A DNA stretch of 64,000 bases from a bacterium (lineage in GTDB: Bacteria; Actinomycetota; Acidimicrobiia; Spongiisociales; ZC4RG35): contig JAHEJW010000008.1 of assembly GCA_024638655.1 (NCBI GenBank), positions 19,054-83,053 of the forward strand, written 5' to 3'. The position numbers and the translations under genes are program-made. Each line of letters opens with the position of its first letter. The first letter of the stretch is position 1. The notes beneath the pieces were generated by a model. That model ran no database searches. It was not told where the DNA came from and saw only the letters and a list, made by a program, of their open reading frames with translations. Of the stretch, positions 9,383-17,973 are shown piece after piece.

Positions 9383-10169
9383 GGCAAGAAGGGAGGCCTC
9401 GACTACACGGCCCTGGGCCATCATCGCCGCTCATGAGCTGCGTGGCCTTTGGCTCAGCGCCAAAGGGCTGACGGTCTTGCTCGGATACACCGTGCTGCTG
9501 TCTCTGATGACCTACCTGGCAGCCACGAGCTCTGAGCTCAATCTCCTCGACGCGAGAGAGTCGATTGGTGTGATCGTGCAAATCGCGATCGGGCTGGGGA
9601 CGCTGGCCGCCCTAGTCGTCAGTGCCGATGCCATATCAGGGGAGAGGGAGCGAGACACGCTCGAGTCCCTGCTCCTGACACCGGTTCCACGCCGCGACCT
9701 AGTCATCGGCAAGATGATCGCGGCGTCCTCAATGTGGCTGGCCGGCACCGTGGTGGCACTCCCTTACGTCGCCGCGATGGCACAGGGTCCGGCCATCACC
9801 GCAGATGCCGTCCTGGTCCTGTTGACCGTTGGGCCGCTGGTGGGCGCCGCGCTCACGGCACTCGGCATGGCGTTCAGCGCCGTCTCCATGAGCAACCGGG
9901 TGAGTCTTGCCGGTGCGATCGTGGCCCTGCTGGTGTTGGCTGCCCCGAGCCAACTCCCGGCGATCAGCTCCCAAGGGGCTCTTGCCGCCATCCTCGTGAC
10001 CGTCAACCCGGTGAGTGCCGGTCTCAAGCTGGCGAGCAACGTGCTGGTCGCCCAACAGTCATGGTCCTCACAGTGGACTTACTTGATCTCCCCCCTTGTT
10101 GCCGCGACCGCCCTGACGGTCTTGGCGGTCCGGATGAGTGGGAGAGTGCGACTAGGCGGCTCCCGATGA
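9372..10169 (+). CDS. ABC-2 family transporter permease
   Basis: Six predicted TM helices. 11-bp overlap with the ATPase gene. Confidence 0.7.
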   Translation: MMAEARREASTTRPWAIIAAHELRGLWLSAKGLTVLLGYTVLLSLMTYLAATSSELNLLDARESIGVIVQIAIGLGTLAALVVSADAISGERERDTLESLLLTPVPRRDLVIGKMIAASSMWLAGTVVALPYVAAMAQGPAITADAVLVLLTVGPLVGAALTALGMAFSAVSMSNRVSLAGAIVALLVLAAPSQLPAISSQGALAAILVTVNPVSAGLKLASNVLVAQQSWSSQWTYLISPLVAATALTVLAVRMSGRVRLGGSR

Positions 10170-10708
10170 GGAGATCGACTGTCGTGGCGATCGCGGTGAT
10201 CTCCGTCTTGTTGGCCTATCTGCCAGCCCTCGCCCAAAGCGAAGACGAGCTCGTAGTCGTAGTGGAACCCGAGCGCATCGAAGCGACGCTGGGTGACAGC
10301 TTCGACATCGAGGTCACCGTCACCAACCTAAGCGATCAGCCGAGCTCCTCCCTGGTGGCCCACATCGACATAACCGACCCCGCACAGTCGACATCGGTCG
10401 ACCCCGAGGATTGGACCGAGACTCTGAGCCAGAGCATGGGAGTAGTGCCCGCGGGAGCCAGCCGATCGGTCTCGTGGACGCTCCAGCCGATTTCACCCGG
10501 CTCTTTCTCTCTCTACGCGGTGGCTCTGTCCGGTGAGACCAATGAAGTCCATGCGTCCCCAGCCACCATCGTCGAAGTCGCCTTCGTACAGACTCTGAAC
10601 CCGGAGGGAGTGCTGCCCGTTGTCGTGGCCGGTCCGGTTTTGATAGGTGCACTCCTATTCATCGTGATGCGGCGCGCCAGGGTCGGGGAAATCGAGGACA
10701 CCCCCTAG
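10166..10708 (+). CDS. secreted beta-rich protein with signal peptide and C-terminal TM anchor (transporter-associated)
   Basis: Signal peptide VISVLLAYLPALAQS and C-terminal helix VVVAGPVLIGALLFIVMRRAR. ATGA overlap with the permease stop. Confidence 0.45.
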   Translation: MRRSTVVAIAVISVLLAYLPALAQSEDELVVVVEPERIEATLGDSFDIEVTVTNLSDQPSSSLVAHIDITDPAQSTSVDPEDWTETLSQSMGVVPAGASRSVSWTLQPISPGSFSLYAVALSGETNEVHASPATIVEVAFVQTLNPEGVLPVVVAGPVLIGALLFIVMRRARVGEIEDTP

Positions 10709-11910
10709 GCAGAGCCGGAGACCTCCAATCCGTCAACGACATGCTCTGCGATAGCCAGGCTCGAGGTGGCGCCCGGTGAAGGGGCGTTGCGGACGCTGAC
10801 CACGCCGTCGGTCTCGAAGATCCTGAAGTCGTCGACCAGAGAGCCATCACGGTCGAGCGCCTGGGCGCGAACCCCAGCCCGGCCCCGTTCGACATCTTGG
10901 GCCCCGAGCTCGGGCACGTACCTGCTCGCTTTACGCATATAGGCGTCTATGGAGAGCGAACCCCAGACCTCTTCGAGTCCTGCACGCCAGTTGGCCACTG
11001 CCATTCGCCAGAAACCGGGCCACGAAACGATGTCGCCAACATCGCGAAAACTGACATCCCGGCGCCGATACCCCTCTCGTTTCAGGGCCAGGACTGCGTT
11101 GGGGCCGACCTCGAGCTCACCCGAGACCGTGCGCGTGAGGTGCACTCCAAGAAACGGATAGCGCGGGTCCGGCACGGGGTAGATCAAGCCGCGCACGAGG
11201 TCCCGTTTGTCGGCGCGGACCGTCATGTACTCACCTCGAAAGGGCACGATCCTGGGCTCGGAGGGCCCATCGACAAGCTCAGACACCCGATCAGACTGCA
11301 GACCGGCGCAGATCACCAGCTTGCTCACCAGATGCGGGCCTCCCGGGGTTCTCACCTCGATCGCGTCCCCGGCTCGACCAACACCGTTGACCTCGGCGGA
11401 CAGGGCGATCCGGCCATCGGCCATCTCGATGTCGCCCGCCATCGCCTCAGCGACAGAGGTGAAGTCGGTGATCGCCGTCTCCGGGGAGTGAAGCGCCTCG
11501 ATGCCTGCAGCATTGGGCTCGATCTCGCGGATCTCTTCAGGACCGACCCGACGGAGACCAGGAACGTCGTTCTGACGTGCGGTCTGCTGCAAAGCTGCGA
11601 GTCGGCCGAGCTCCGACTCCTCCACCGCCACGACCAACTTCCCACACTCGTCATAGGCGAGGTCTCGCTCGGCACAGAATTCCCTCAGAAGGGCTCGGCC
11701 GCGCGTGCAGAGCGCGGCCTTGAGAGAGCCCGGTTTGTAGTAGATGCCCGCGTGAACCACGCCGGAGTTGTGTCCCGTCTGATGGGCCCCGACCCGGTTC
11801 TCCTTCTCGAAGACGACAACCTCGAGCCCGGGGAACCGCTTCGTAAGCTCGCGCCCGATGGCCAGGCCGATGATCCCACCTCCGACGATGCCGACGGGCC
11901 TCTTGCTCAC
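10705..11910 (-). CDS. lhgO: L-2-hydroxyglutarate oxidase/dehydrogenase (FAD-dependent)
   Basis: GIVGGGIIGLA FAD motif plus HQTGHNSGVVHAGIYYKPGSLKA, FRGEY, YPVPDPRYPFLGVHLTR, VGPNAVLALKREGY, GVRAQAL, and NAPSPGATSS. These align closely to E. coli LhgO. Confidence 0.85.
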   Translation of the reverse strand: MSKRPVGIVGGGIIGLAIGRELTKRFPGLEVVVFEKENRVGAHQTGHNSGVVHAGIYYKPGSLKAALCTRGRALLREFCAERDLAYDECGKLVVAVEESELGRLAALQQTARQNDVPGLRRVGPEEIREIEPNAAGIEALHSPETAITDFTSVAEAMAGDIEMADGRIALSAEVNGVGRAGDAIEVRTPGGPHLVSKLVICAGLQSDRVSELVDGPSEPRIVPFRGEYMTVRADKRDLVRGLIYPVPDPRYPFLGVHLTRTVSGELEVGPNAVLALKREGYRRRDVSFRDVGDIVSWPGFWRMAVANWRAGLEEVWGSLSIDAYMRKASRYVPELGAQDVERGRAGVRAQALDRDGSLVDDFRIFETDGVVSVRNAPSPGATSSLAIAEHVVDGLEVSGSA

Positions 11911-11973
11911 AGAGGAGCCACGTTAGAGCTCACCTCGCCGTGAACAGCCGGCGCCAGAAGTAGGTTCAAGCCA

Positions 11974-12579
11974 ATGGAGTTGAAGGTGGGTCAGGACCAC
12001 AAGTCAAGATGCTGGTGGGGCAGCGAGCCAGAGATCTATCGGATCTACCACGACGACGAATGGGGTCGGCCGGTCACCGACGACCATCGTCTCTTCGAGA
12101 AGATTTGCCTCGAAGGGTTCCAGGCAGGGCTCTCCTGGCTGACGATCCTGAGGAAGAGGGAGAGCTTTCGCGCTGCGTTTGCCTCGTTCGATCCCCAGCT
12201 TGTCGCGACGTTCGACGAATCAGACGTGAGAAGACTCCTGTCCGACGCCGAGATCGTGAGACACGAGGGCAAGATTCGCTCCACGATCAACAACGCCGCC
12301 CGTGCCCTGGAACTGATGGCGGCTCACGGTTCGCTGAGCTCCTACTTCTGGGGGTGGGCCGGCCCGGAGACGCCCGCTCCAGAGAAGATCCCTGGTACGA
12401 CCGAGACCTCGACCGCTCTTTCCAAGGAGCTGAAGAAGCTGGGCTGGTCGTTCATTGGGCCAACAACCACCTACGCCTTCATGCAGGCAATGGGCATGGT
12501 CAACGATCACCTCGATGGATGTCACGTGCGAGAGACCTGCTCAGAGGAACGGCGGCGCGTCTTGGCCCAAGCCCTCTAA
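11974..12579 (+). CDS. tag: DNA-3-methyladenine glycosylase I
   Basis: CWWG, YHDDEWG, ICLEGFQAGLSW, FMQAMGMVNDH and a C-terminal Cys/His zinc site match Tag. Confidence 0.88.
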   Translation: MELKVGQDHKSRCWWGSEPEIYRIYHDDEWGRPVTDDHRLFEKICLEGFQAGLSWLTILRKRESFRAAFASFDPQLVATFDESDVRRLLSDAEIVRHEGKIRSTINNAARALELMAAHGSLSSYFWGWAGPETPAPEKIPGTTETSTALSKELKKLGWSFIGPTTTYAFMQAMGMVNDHLDGCHVRETCSEERRRVLAQAL

Positions 12580-12590
12580 CGTTCAATCAC

Positions 12591-13730
12591 ATGGAAGAGC
12601 GCCCCGCCTTCACCGTCGGTATCGAAGAGGAATACCTGATCGTCGATCGTGAGACACGAGACCTCGTAGAAAGCCCTCCCCAGGAGATGTGGGAGGCCTT
12701 GGGAGAGGTACTCGGCTCACAGGTCACACACGAGTACCTGAAAGCACAGGTCGAGGTGGGGACCAAGGTGTGCAAGAACATCGGAGAAGCACGTCAAGAC
12801 CTCGCCGGTCTGCGGCGCGATCTCTCCAAGATCGTCAACGAGCATGGCGCGGCGATCATCGCCTCATCGACGCATCCATTCGCCAATTGGCAGCACCAGA
12901 AGACGACCGAGGACCCGCGATACATGCGGCTGGCCGCCGACTACCAACATGTTGCGCGCCAACTGGTGATATGCGGTATGCATGTCCACGTCGGAATCGA
13001 AGATCCGCACGTTCGCATGGATCTGATGAATCAGGTTCGGTACATGCTTCCCCACCTGCTGGCTCTGAGCGCCTCCTCACCTTTCTGGGACGGAGTCAAT
13101 ACCGGGCTCCTCGCCTACCGCCTGGTCATCTTTCAGAACCTCCCCCGCACCGGCATAGCCCCCGAGTTCGTTTCATGGGGTGAATACGAGCGTTACCTGG
13201 AGATCCTGGTCGAGGCCGGTCTGATCGAAGACGGAACCAAGATCTGGTGGGACATCAGACCGTCGAGCAAGTACCCCACGCTGGAAATGAGGGTGAGCGA
13301 TGTATGCACGCGGCTCGACGATGCGATGACCATCGCCGCTCTGTATCAATGCCTGCTCTCCTTCTTCTACCGGTTGAAGCGAAACAACCAGAAGTGGCGG
13401 ATATATGCGCCGAGCATCATCGAAGAGAACATGTGGAGGGCTCAGCGCTACGGAACCGACGGCAGCCTGGTCGATTTTGGCAAACGTGAGCTGATACCGA
13501 TGTCCCAGCTCATCGAGGAAATCATCGAACTGGTGGCGCAGGATGCCATCGAGTTCAACGTTCGCGACGAGGTGCGTCATGCCCGGACGATCGTCTCCGA
13601 AGGCACGAGTGCGCACCGCCAGATCGCAACCTACGAGAAAGCTCTCGCCGGGGGGGCTTCAGAGCACGAAGCGCTCCAGTCCGTAGTGGACGAGTTGATC
13701 GAGGACACCCTCTACGGCATTTCCGATTGA
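12591..13730 (+). CDS. carboxylate-amine ligase, YbdK / glutamate-cysteine ligase family 2
   Basis: FTVGIEEEYLIVD N-terminus and overall GCS2 pattern. The six-frame ORF 12009..13730 is a frame-merged artefact. The real start is the ATG at 12591. Confidence 0.75.
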   Translation: MEERPAFTVGIEEEYLIVDRETRDLVESPPQEMWEALGEVLGSQVTHEYLKAQVEVGTKVCKNIGEARQDLAGLRRDLSKIVNEHGAAIIASSTHPFANWQHQKTTEDPRYMRLAADYQHVARQLVICGMHVHVGIEDPHVRMDLMNQVRYMLPHLLALSASSPFWDGVNTGLLAYRLVIFQNLPRTGIAPEFVSWGEYERYLEILVEAGLIEDGTKIWWDIRPSSKYPTLEMRVSDVCTRLDDAMTIAALYQCLLSFFYRLKRNNQKWRIYAPSIIEENMWRAQRYGTDGSLVDFGKRELIPMSQLIEEIIELVAQDAIEFNVRDEVRHARTIVSEGTSAHRQIATYEKALAGGASEHEALQSVVDELIEDTLYGISD

Positions 13731-13787
13731 TCCGCGTAGACCGGGGGCGGGCCTAGCTTTGGGCACCGGACCACCCAGAGGAGTCAC

Positions 13788-14570
13788 ATGACCTTTCCGA
13801 TTCGAATCGGTGTCGGCCTCCAGCCACAGCACGCCGAATACTCGACCATCCGAGATGCGGTTGTTCGCTCAGAGGAAATGGGCGTCGACGTGGCCTTCAA
13901 CTGGGACCACTTCTTTCCCCTCTCCGGGGATCCCAACGGGAAGCACTTCGAGTGCTGGACGATGCTGGGCAGCTGGGCCGAGGTGACGGAACGCATCGAG
14001 ATCGGGCCCCTGGTCACCTGTAACTCGTATCGCAACCCAGAGCTCCTGGCCGACATGGCTCGAACCGTGGACCACGCCTCGAACGGAAGGCTGATCCTGG
14101 GACTCGGGGCAGGGTGGTTCGAGAAGGACTACGACGAATACGGCTATGAATTCGGCACCAAGGGCTCGCGATTGGCCGACTTGAGGGAGGCCCTCCCCCG
14201 AATCGAACAGCGCATGGCCAGGCTGAATCCTCCGCCAAAACGAGACATCCCGATTCTGATCGGGGGTGGCGGGGAGAAGAAGACTCTGCGCTATACGGCC
14301 GAGTTCGCAGACATTTGGCACGGATTCGGCCAGGCAGACGTCATCGCCCACAAGAACCGGGTGCTCGACCAGCACTGCAACGACATCGGACGAGATCCGG
14401 CGACGATCGAGCGCTCATGCGGGGCAAAACCAACCGAACCCGGGTCCGGAGATGCCCTAGTCGAGGCCGGAGCCACGCTGATCACCGTCGGTTTCGACGG
14501 TCGCAGCAGCTACGACCTGGCTCCCCTCGAGGATTGGCTCGCCTGGCGGGACGAGAAGAACGCCCCCTGA
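13788..14570 (+). CDS. LLM-class F420-dependent oxidoreductase (short form)
   Basis: IGVGLQPQ, GLGAGW motif, and luciferase-like fold signature. Confidence 0.7.
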   Translation: MTFPIRIGVGLQPQHAEYSTIRDAVVRSEEMGVDVAFNWDHFFPLSGDPNGKHFECWTMLGSWAEVTERIEIGPLVTCNSYRNPELLADMARTVDHASNGRLILGLGAGWFEKDYDEYGYEFGTKGSRLADLREALPRIEQRMARLNPPPKRDIPILIGGGGEKKTLRYTAEFADIWHGFGQADVIAHKNRVLDQHCNDIGRDPATIERSCGAKPTEPGSGDALVEAGATLITVGFDGRSSYDLAPLEDWLAWRDEKNAP

Positions 14571-14627
14571 CGGCCCCGCGTCAGGCCCTGTCGGCCCCGC
14601 GTCAGGCCCTGTCGACCCGGCGTCAGG
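14565..14627. repeat. three tandem 21-bp units (CCCTG[A/T]CGGCCCCGCGTCAGG), each with an internal CCTGACG/CGTCAGG inverted repeat; lies between convergent genes
   Basis: Direct reading. Copies 1 and 2 are near-identical and copy 3 is degenerate. The region spans the stop codons of the LLM gene (+) and lgt (-). Confidence 0.6.
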
Positions 14628-15510
14628 CGCTCACGGCCTCCTCGACCTTCGCCCCGCGTGCGGCGTCTTCATCGTCTCCGACCGGAGGCTGTCGGCGACC
14701 CATGTACCAGAACAGGATCAGACCGCCGATACCGGCGGCGAGCCCGCTGACTTGGTTCCAAGTGAGCGAGCCGATCTCGGCATCGCCCATCCCGAAGCGC
14801 AAGAAGTCGAGCAGGAAGCGCTGAAACCCGTACCAGGCGACCCAGAGGAAAAACAGCTGTCCGTAGTGGAGCCGGAACCGGCGATAGACGAAGTAGAGAA
14901 CCGCGAGAAGCAGGGCTGCTCCCAGCAGGTCATAGGCCGCGACATGGTGATAGACGCCGCACAAGCCGTCGAGGCCCACCGTCGCCTCAGTGCATTCCAG
15001 GGCGTTGTGCTGAGGCGCAACGTCGTATCCGGGCTTGATCCCGTACCCAAATGGAAGAGTTGTGGCCCTGCCCAGATGCTCGACGATGGCCAGATCTCCG
15101 ATTCGGCCCACGATGGTGCCGAGTGCCAGCCCGAAAGCCGAAAGGTCGAGTGTGGGCCATACCTTGAGCCCCACCTGCCTCATCCGCCATACCCCGGCGA
15201 TGATGCCCCCGGCAAACCCTCCCAAGATGGAGAAGTTGCCGCTGATCGGGTTCAACGCTTCGAGCAGTGGCATACCACCGAGAATCGCAGCGGGTGTGGT
15301 GAAGTATCGGGCCCCGGCGATGGCACCGATCAATCCCCAGGTGAGTGCGGACTGGTACTTGAGCACGTCGAAGCCCCGGCGGCGCAGCTCCCTTGTCGCC
15401 AGAACAGCGCCCGCCATGAACCCCAACGCAGCAAACACACCATGCAGGGAAAGAGTCAGCGGCCCTACCTCGAAGAGCGGGATGGGCGGGTACGAGATCG
15501 CAGCCAGCAT
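14623..15510 (-). CDS. lgt: prolipoprotein diacylglyceryl transferase
   Basis: Polytopic membrane protein with the Lgt pattern (GRIGDLAIVEHLG, YDLLGAALLLAVLYF, WYGFQRFLLDFLR). Start chosen at the ATG 15510; the six-frame ORF extends to 15675. Confidence 0.8.
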   Translation of the reverse strand: MLAAISYPPIPLFEVGPLTLSLHGVFAALGFMAGAVLATRELRRRGFDVLKYQSALTWGLIGAIAGARYFTTPAAILGGMPLLEALNPISGNFSILGGFAGGIIAGVWRMRQVGLKVWPTLDLSAFGLALGTIVGRIGDLAIVEHLGRATTLPFGYGIKPGYDVAPQHNALECTEATVGLDGLCGVYHHVAAYDLLGAALLLAVLYFVYRRFRLHYGQLFFLWVAWYGFQRFLLDFLRFGMGDAEIGSLTWNQVSGLAAGIGGLILFWYMGRRQPPVGDDEDAARGAKVEEAVSA

Positions 15511-15678
15511 TCGAGGCAAATCGTACCGCCGGACAGGAGGTAGGCCACCTTCCCGGCAATAGGGGCCGATAGACCTAGCAACAAAAGCCGGGGCGGGGCC
15601 GATAGTCGTTGAACATGGCGAATCCGACCAGTTGGACGGACTCGCAGATGTAGGCGCTTTCCTCCCGCCGCCCATGCT

Positions 15679-15712
15679 GGGCCGGGTCTCAACTCCTCCC
15701 GAGACCCGGCCC
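15679..15712. other. perfect 12-bp inverted repeat (GGGCCGGGTCTC / GAGACCCGGCCC) with a 10-nt loop, in the divergent intergenic region
   Basis: Direct reading. It lies between the lgt start (-) and the 15827 gene (+). Confidence 0.4.
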
Positions 15713-15826
15713 TACTCCCTCTCCCCTTTCAGATGCGGCCCGCCGATCTGTGCTCCGGGCCAAACTTCGCTCACGACTCGATGATCACGGCTGCAGTCAC
15801 GGCGCTGAGCACTAAAGTCACGCCCC

Positions 15827-17008
15827 GTGAGCGATCTCAAGGAAGCTGCTTCCCAGGCCCTCGGCATTCCGGTAGACCTCGTCGAGAGATCGGCGGCAGC
15901 GAGAGCGGCCGAGAGCAACAGCGACATCGACACGATTCTCAGCGCCTGGGCCGGTGGTGAGGCTGCGCCCGAAGCGCCCGCCGCCCAGACCTCCGAACAA
16001 AGAGACCCTTCACCGCAAGAGACCGAGGCTCCAGAGCCCGCAGCCGAGACGGAGCCCTCCCCGGTCGCAGTGGCGGTCGTCGACGTGCCCGAACCGGCGC
16101 CTCCGGCCGAGACTCCTGTCTACGAGCCGGAGCCGGAAGTGGCCCTGGAACCCGTTCGGCTGGGAACCAGAGTGCGAACTGCCGTCAGAGTTGGATCGTG
16201 GACCGGGTCCGGGCTCGGGCTGATTGGATTCTTCATGGCATCGTCGGCCTGGGCTCCGAACGCAGCAGTCCTCGAGGATTCCGGGCCGATCGTTCAGGTC
16301 GAATCGCAGGGAGTGCTCATCGGCGTTGCGCTCGTCAGCATCGTATTCGGAGCAGTAGTGGCCTCCCTCTCCCGGGCTGCCGCGGGCTGGCGGAACCCGG
16401 CGATGCAGCTTGCGAGCCGGAAATCGACCACAGCTTGGATCGGCGCGGCAACGGGTCTGGTCCTGGGCCTCATCGCAGGGGCCAGCCTCACCGGGGGCTT
16501 CGGCACTCCGATCGAAGATGCCGAGGGCATGGTTCAGCTTCCGGTCCTGGCGACCCTGGCGGTCCTGCTGATCGGCGGGGCCATCCTCGGGGCGTTGACG
16601 GCAGCGATGCCGCAGCTACTTGGGACGCCCGTGGCACTAGGGGAAGAGTCGGAGGAAGAAGTAGAAGCTGTCAAGAACAGACTCGGCGGCGCGATGAGTA
16701 TCCCGATGGCAGCGGCACTGATACTCGTATTGCTGGTAATTCCCTTCGGCTACATGCTCATCCAGTCGAACCACCTGGGAGCCAACGGAGCAGCGATAGT
16801 GGCCATCCTGACGGCAGGCGGGATTCTCGGATTCGCCTCACTGGCCGGGGGCAGACCTCAGATGCGCATCTCCTTTGGCGAGCTGATGGTCGCCGTCGCC
16901 GGCATCGGGGTGGTGCTCGTGATCATCATTGCGGTTCTGTTCTACAGCGGTCAGGACGAGCACTCCGGCGAGGGCGAGGAAGAAGCCGCGGTCGTCTCGA
17001 TGATCTGA
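15827..17008 (+). CDS. hypothetical membrane protein with a Pro/Glu-rich N-terminal region
   Basis: GTG start. A PEPEPA-rich low-complexity N-terminus is followed by 6-8 predicted TM helices. Confidence 0.45.
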   Translation: MSDLKEAASQALGIPVDLVERSAAARAAESNSDIDTILSAWAGGEAAPEAPAAQTSEQRDPSPQETEAPEPAAETEPSPVAVAVVDVPEPAPPAETPVYEPEPEVALEPVRLGTRVRTAVRVGSWTGSGLGLIGFFMASSAWAPNAAVLEDSGPIVQVESQGVLIGVALVSIVFGAVVASLSRAAAGWRNPAMQLASRKSTTAWIGAATGLVLGLIAGASLTGGFGTPIEDAEGMVQLPVLATLAVLLIGGAILGALTAAMPQLLGTPVALGEESEEEVEAVKNRLGGAMSIPMAAALILVLLVIPFGYMLIQSNHLGANGAAIVAILTAGGILGFASLAGGRPQMRISFGELMVAVAGIGVVLVIIIAVLFYSGQDEHSGEGEEEAAVVSMI

Positions 17009-17010
17009 CG

Positions 17011-17973
17011 TCAGACCAGGTCGTCTGCGTTCAACGCCGAGCTGACATCTCCTTCGACGAGAGCTCTCCTCACCTCGATCGCCACCTCCCTGGCGACAGT
17101 GACCTGTGCCTCCTTGGTAGAAGCACCCAGATGGGGAGTCAGCACCAGGTTGGGTGCACTGCGAAGGGGACTGGTGGCAGGGAGGGGCTCGTCTTCATAG
17201 ACGTCGAGAGCCGCTCCCGAGATGACCCCCTCCGCCAGGGCGACGGCCAGGTCGTCTTCGACGATCACTCCTCCCCTCGAGGCATTGATCAGGAAAGCCT
17301 TCTTCTTCATACGATCCAGGACATCGGCGTCGACCAAGTGACGCGTCTCATCGCTCAGCGGAACATGGAGAGATATCACGTCGGCGGTCCGGATCAAATC
17401 GTTGAGCGCGACGAGACGCACTCCGAGGTCCTCGGCATCGGCATCGCTCACGTAGGGGTCGTGAGCCACCACCTCCATGCCGAAGGCCTCGCACATTCGG
17501 GCAACCTCTCTGCCAATGCGCCCGGCGCCGATCAGCCCCAACGTGCGACCCCGGAGCTCGACACCTTGGAAGCTTGCGCGATCCCATGCTCCGGCCCTGA
17601 CCGATCTGTCGGCTGCGGTGACGCGGCGGACCACGGAGAGGATGAGCGCCATGGTCAGCTCCGCCGCGGCGATGGTGTTTCCTCCCGGCGCATTGAATAC
17701 CGCAATCCCCCTCGAGCTCGCTGCCGGAATGTCGATGTTGTCGACCCCCACGCCGGCGCGCCCTATCAACTGGAGCTTGGGTGCATTGTCGAGCAACGCC
17801 AGGCCCACCTCAGTGGCGCTCCTCACGATCAACCCATGGGCCTCGGATAGGGCGGAGGAGAATTCGGCACTGGCAGAGTCATCGACGGACCGGACGTCAA
17901 ACCGCTCATCTTCACGGAGCGGCTGCAGCCCTTTGCTGGAGACCTTGTCGGTCGCCAGGATCACCCAGTTCAT
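17011..17973 (-). CDS. serA: D-3-phosphoglycerate dehydrogenase-like 2-hydroxyacid dehydrogenase
   Basis: NAD-binding GLIGAGRIG motif, catalytic His/Glu/Arg pattern, and D-isomer-specific 2-hydroxyacid DH signature. Confidence 0.7.
   Translation of the reverse strand: MNWVILATDKVSSKGLQPLREDERFDVRSVDDSASAEFSSALSEAHGLIVRSATEVGLALLDNAPKLQLIGRAGVGVDNIDIPAASSRGIAVFNAPGGNTIAAAELTMALILSVVRRVTAADRSVRAGAWDRASFQGVELRGRTLGLIGAGRIGREVARMCEAFGMEVVAHDPYVSDADAEDLGVRLVALNDLIRTADVISLHVPLSDETRHLVDADVLDRMKKKAFLINASRGGVIVEDDLAVALAEGVISGAALDVYEDEPLPATSPLRSAPNLVLTPHLGASTKEAQVTVAREVAIEVRRALVEGDVSSALNADDLV

Noticed and set aside
12009-13730. 573-aa ORF that appears to fuse tag-overlapping sequence with ybdK
   Set aside because: The N-terminal 190 aa are an alternative frame of tag. 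Only the part from the ATG at 12591 onward matches the YbdK family.
14315-14824. ORF encoding PRQALSA-PRQALST-RRQALTA repeats
   Set aside because: This is the protein-level shadow of the 21-bp tandem DNA repeat. It overlaps the lgt 3' end on the opposite strand.
16198-17850. 550-aa plus-strand ORF spanning the membrane-protein gene and antisense to the serA-like gene
   Set aside because: Extremely Arg/Gly-rich and overlaps two well-supported genes. High-GC artefact.
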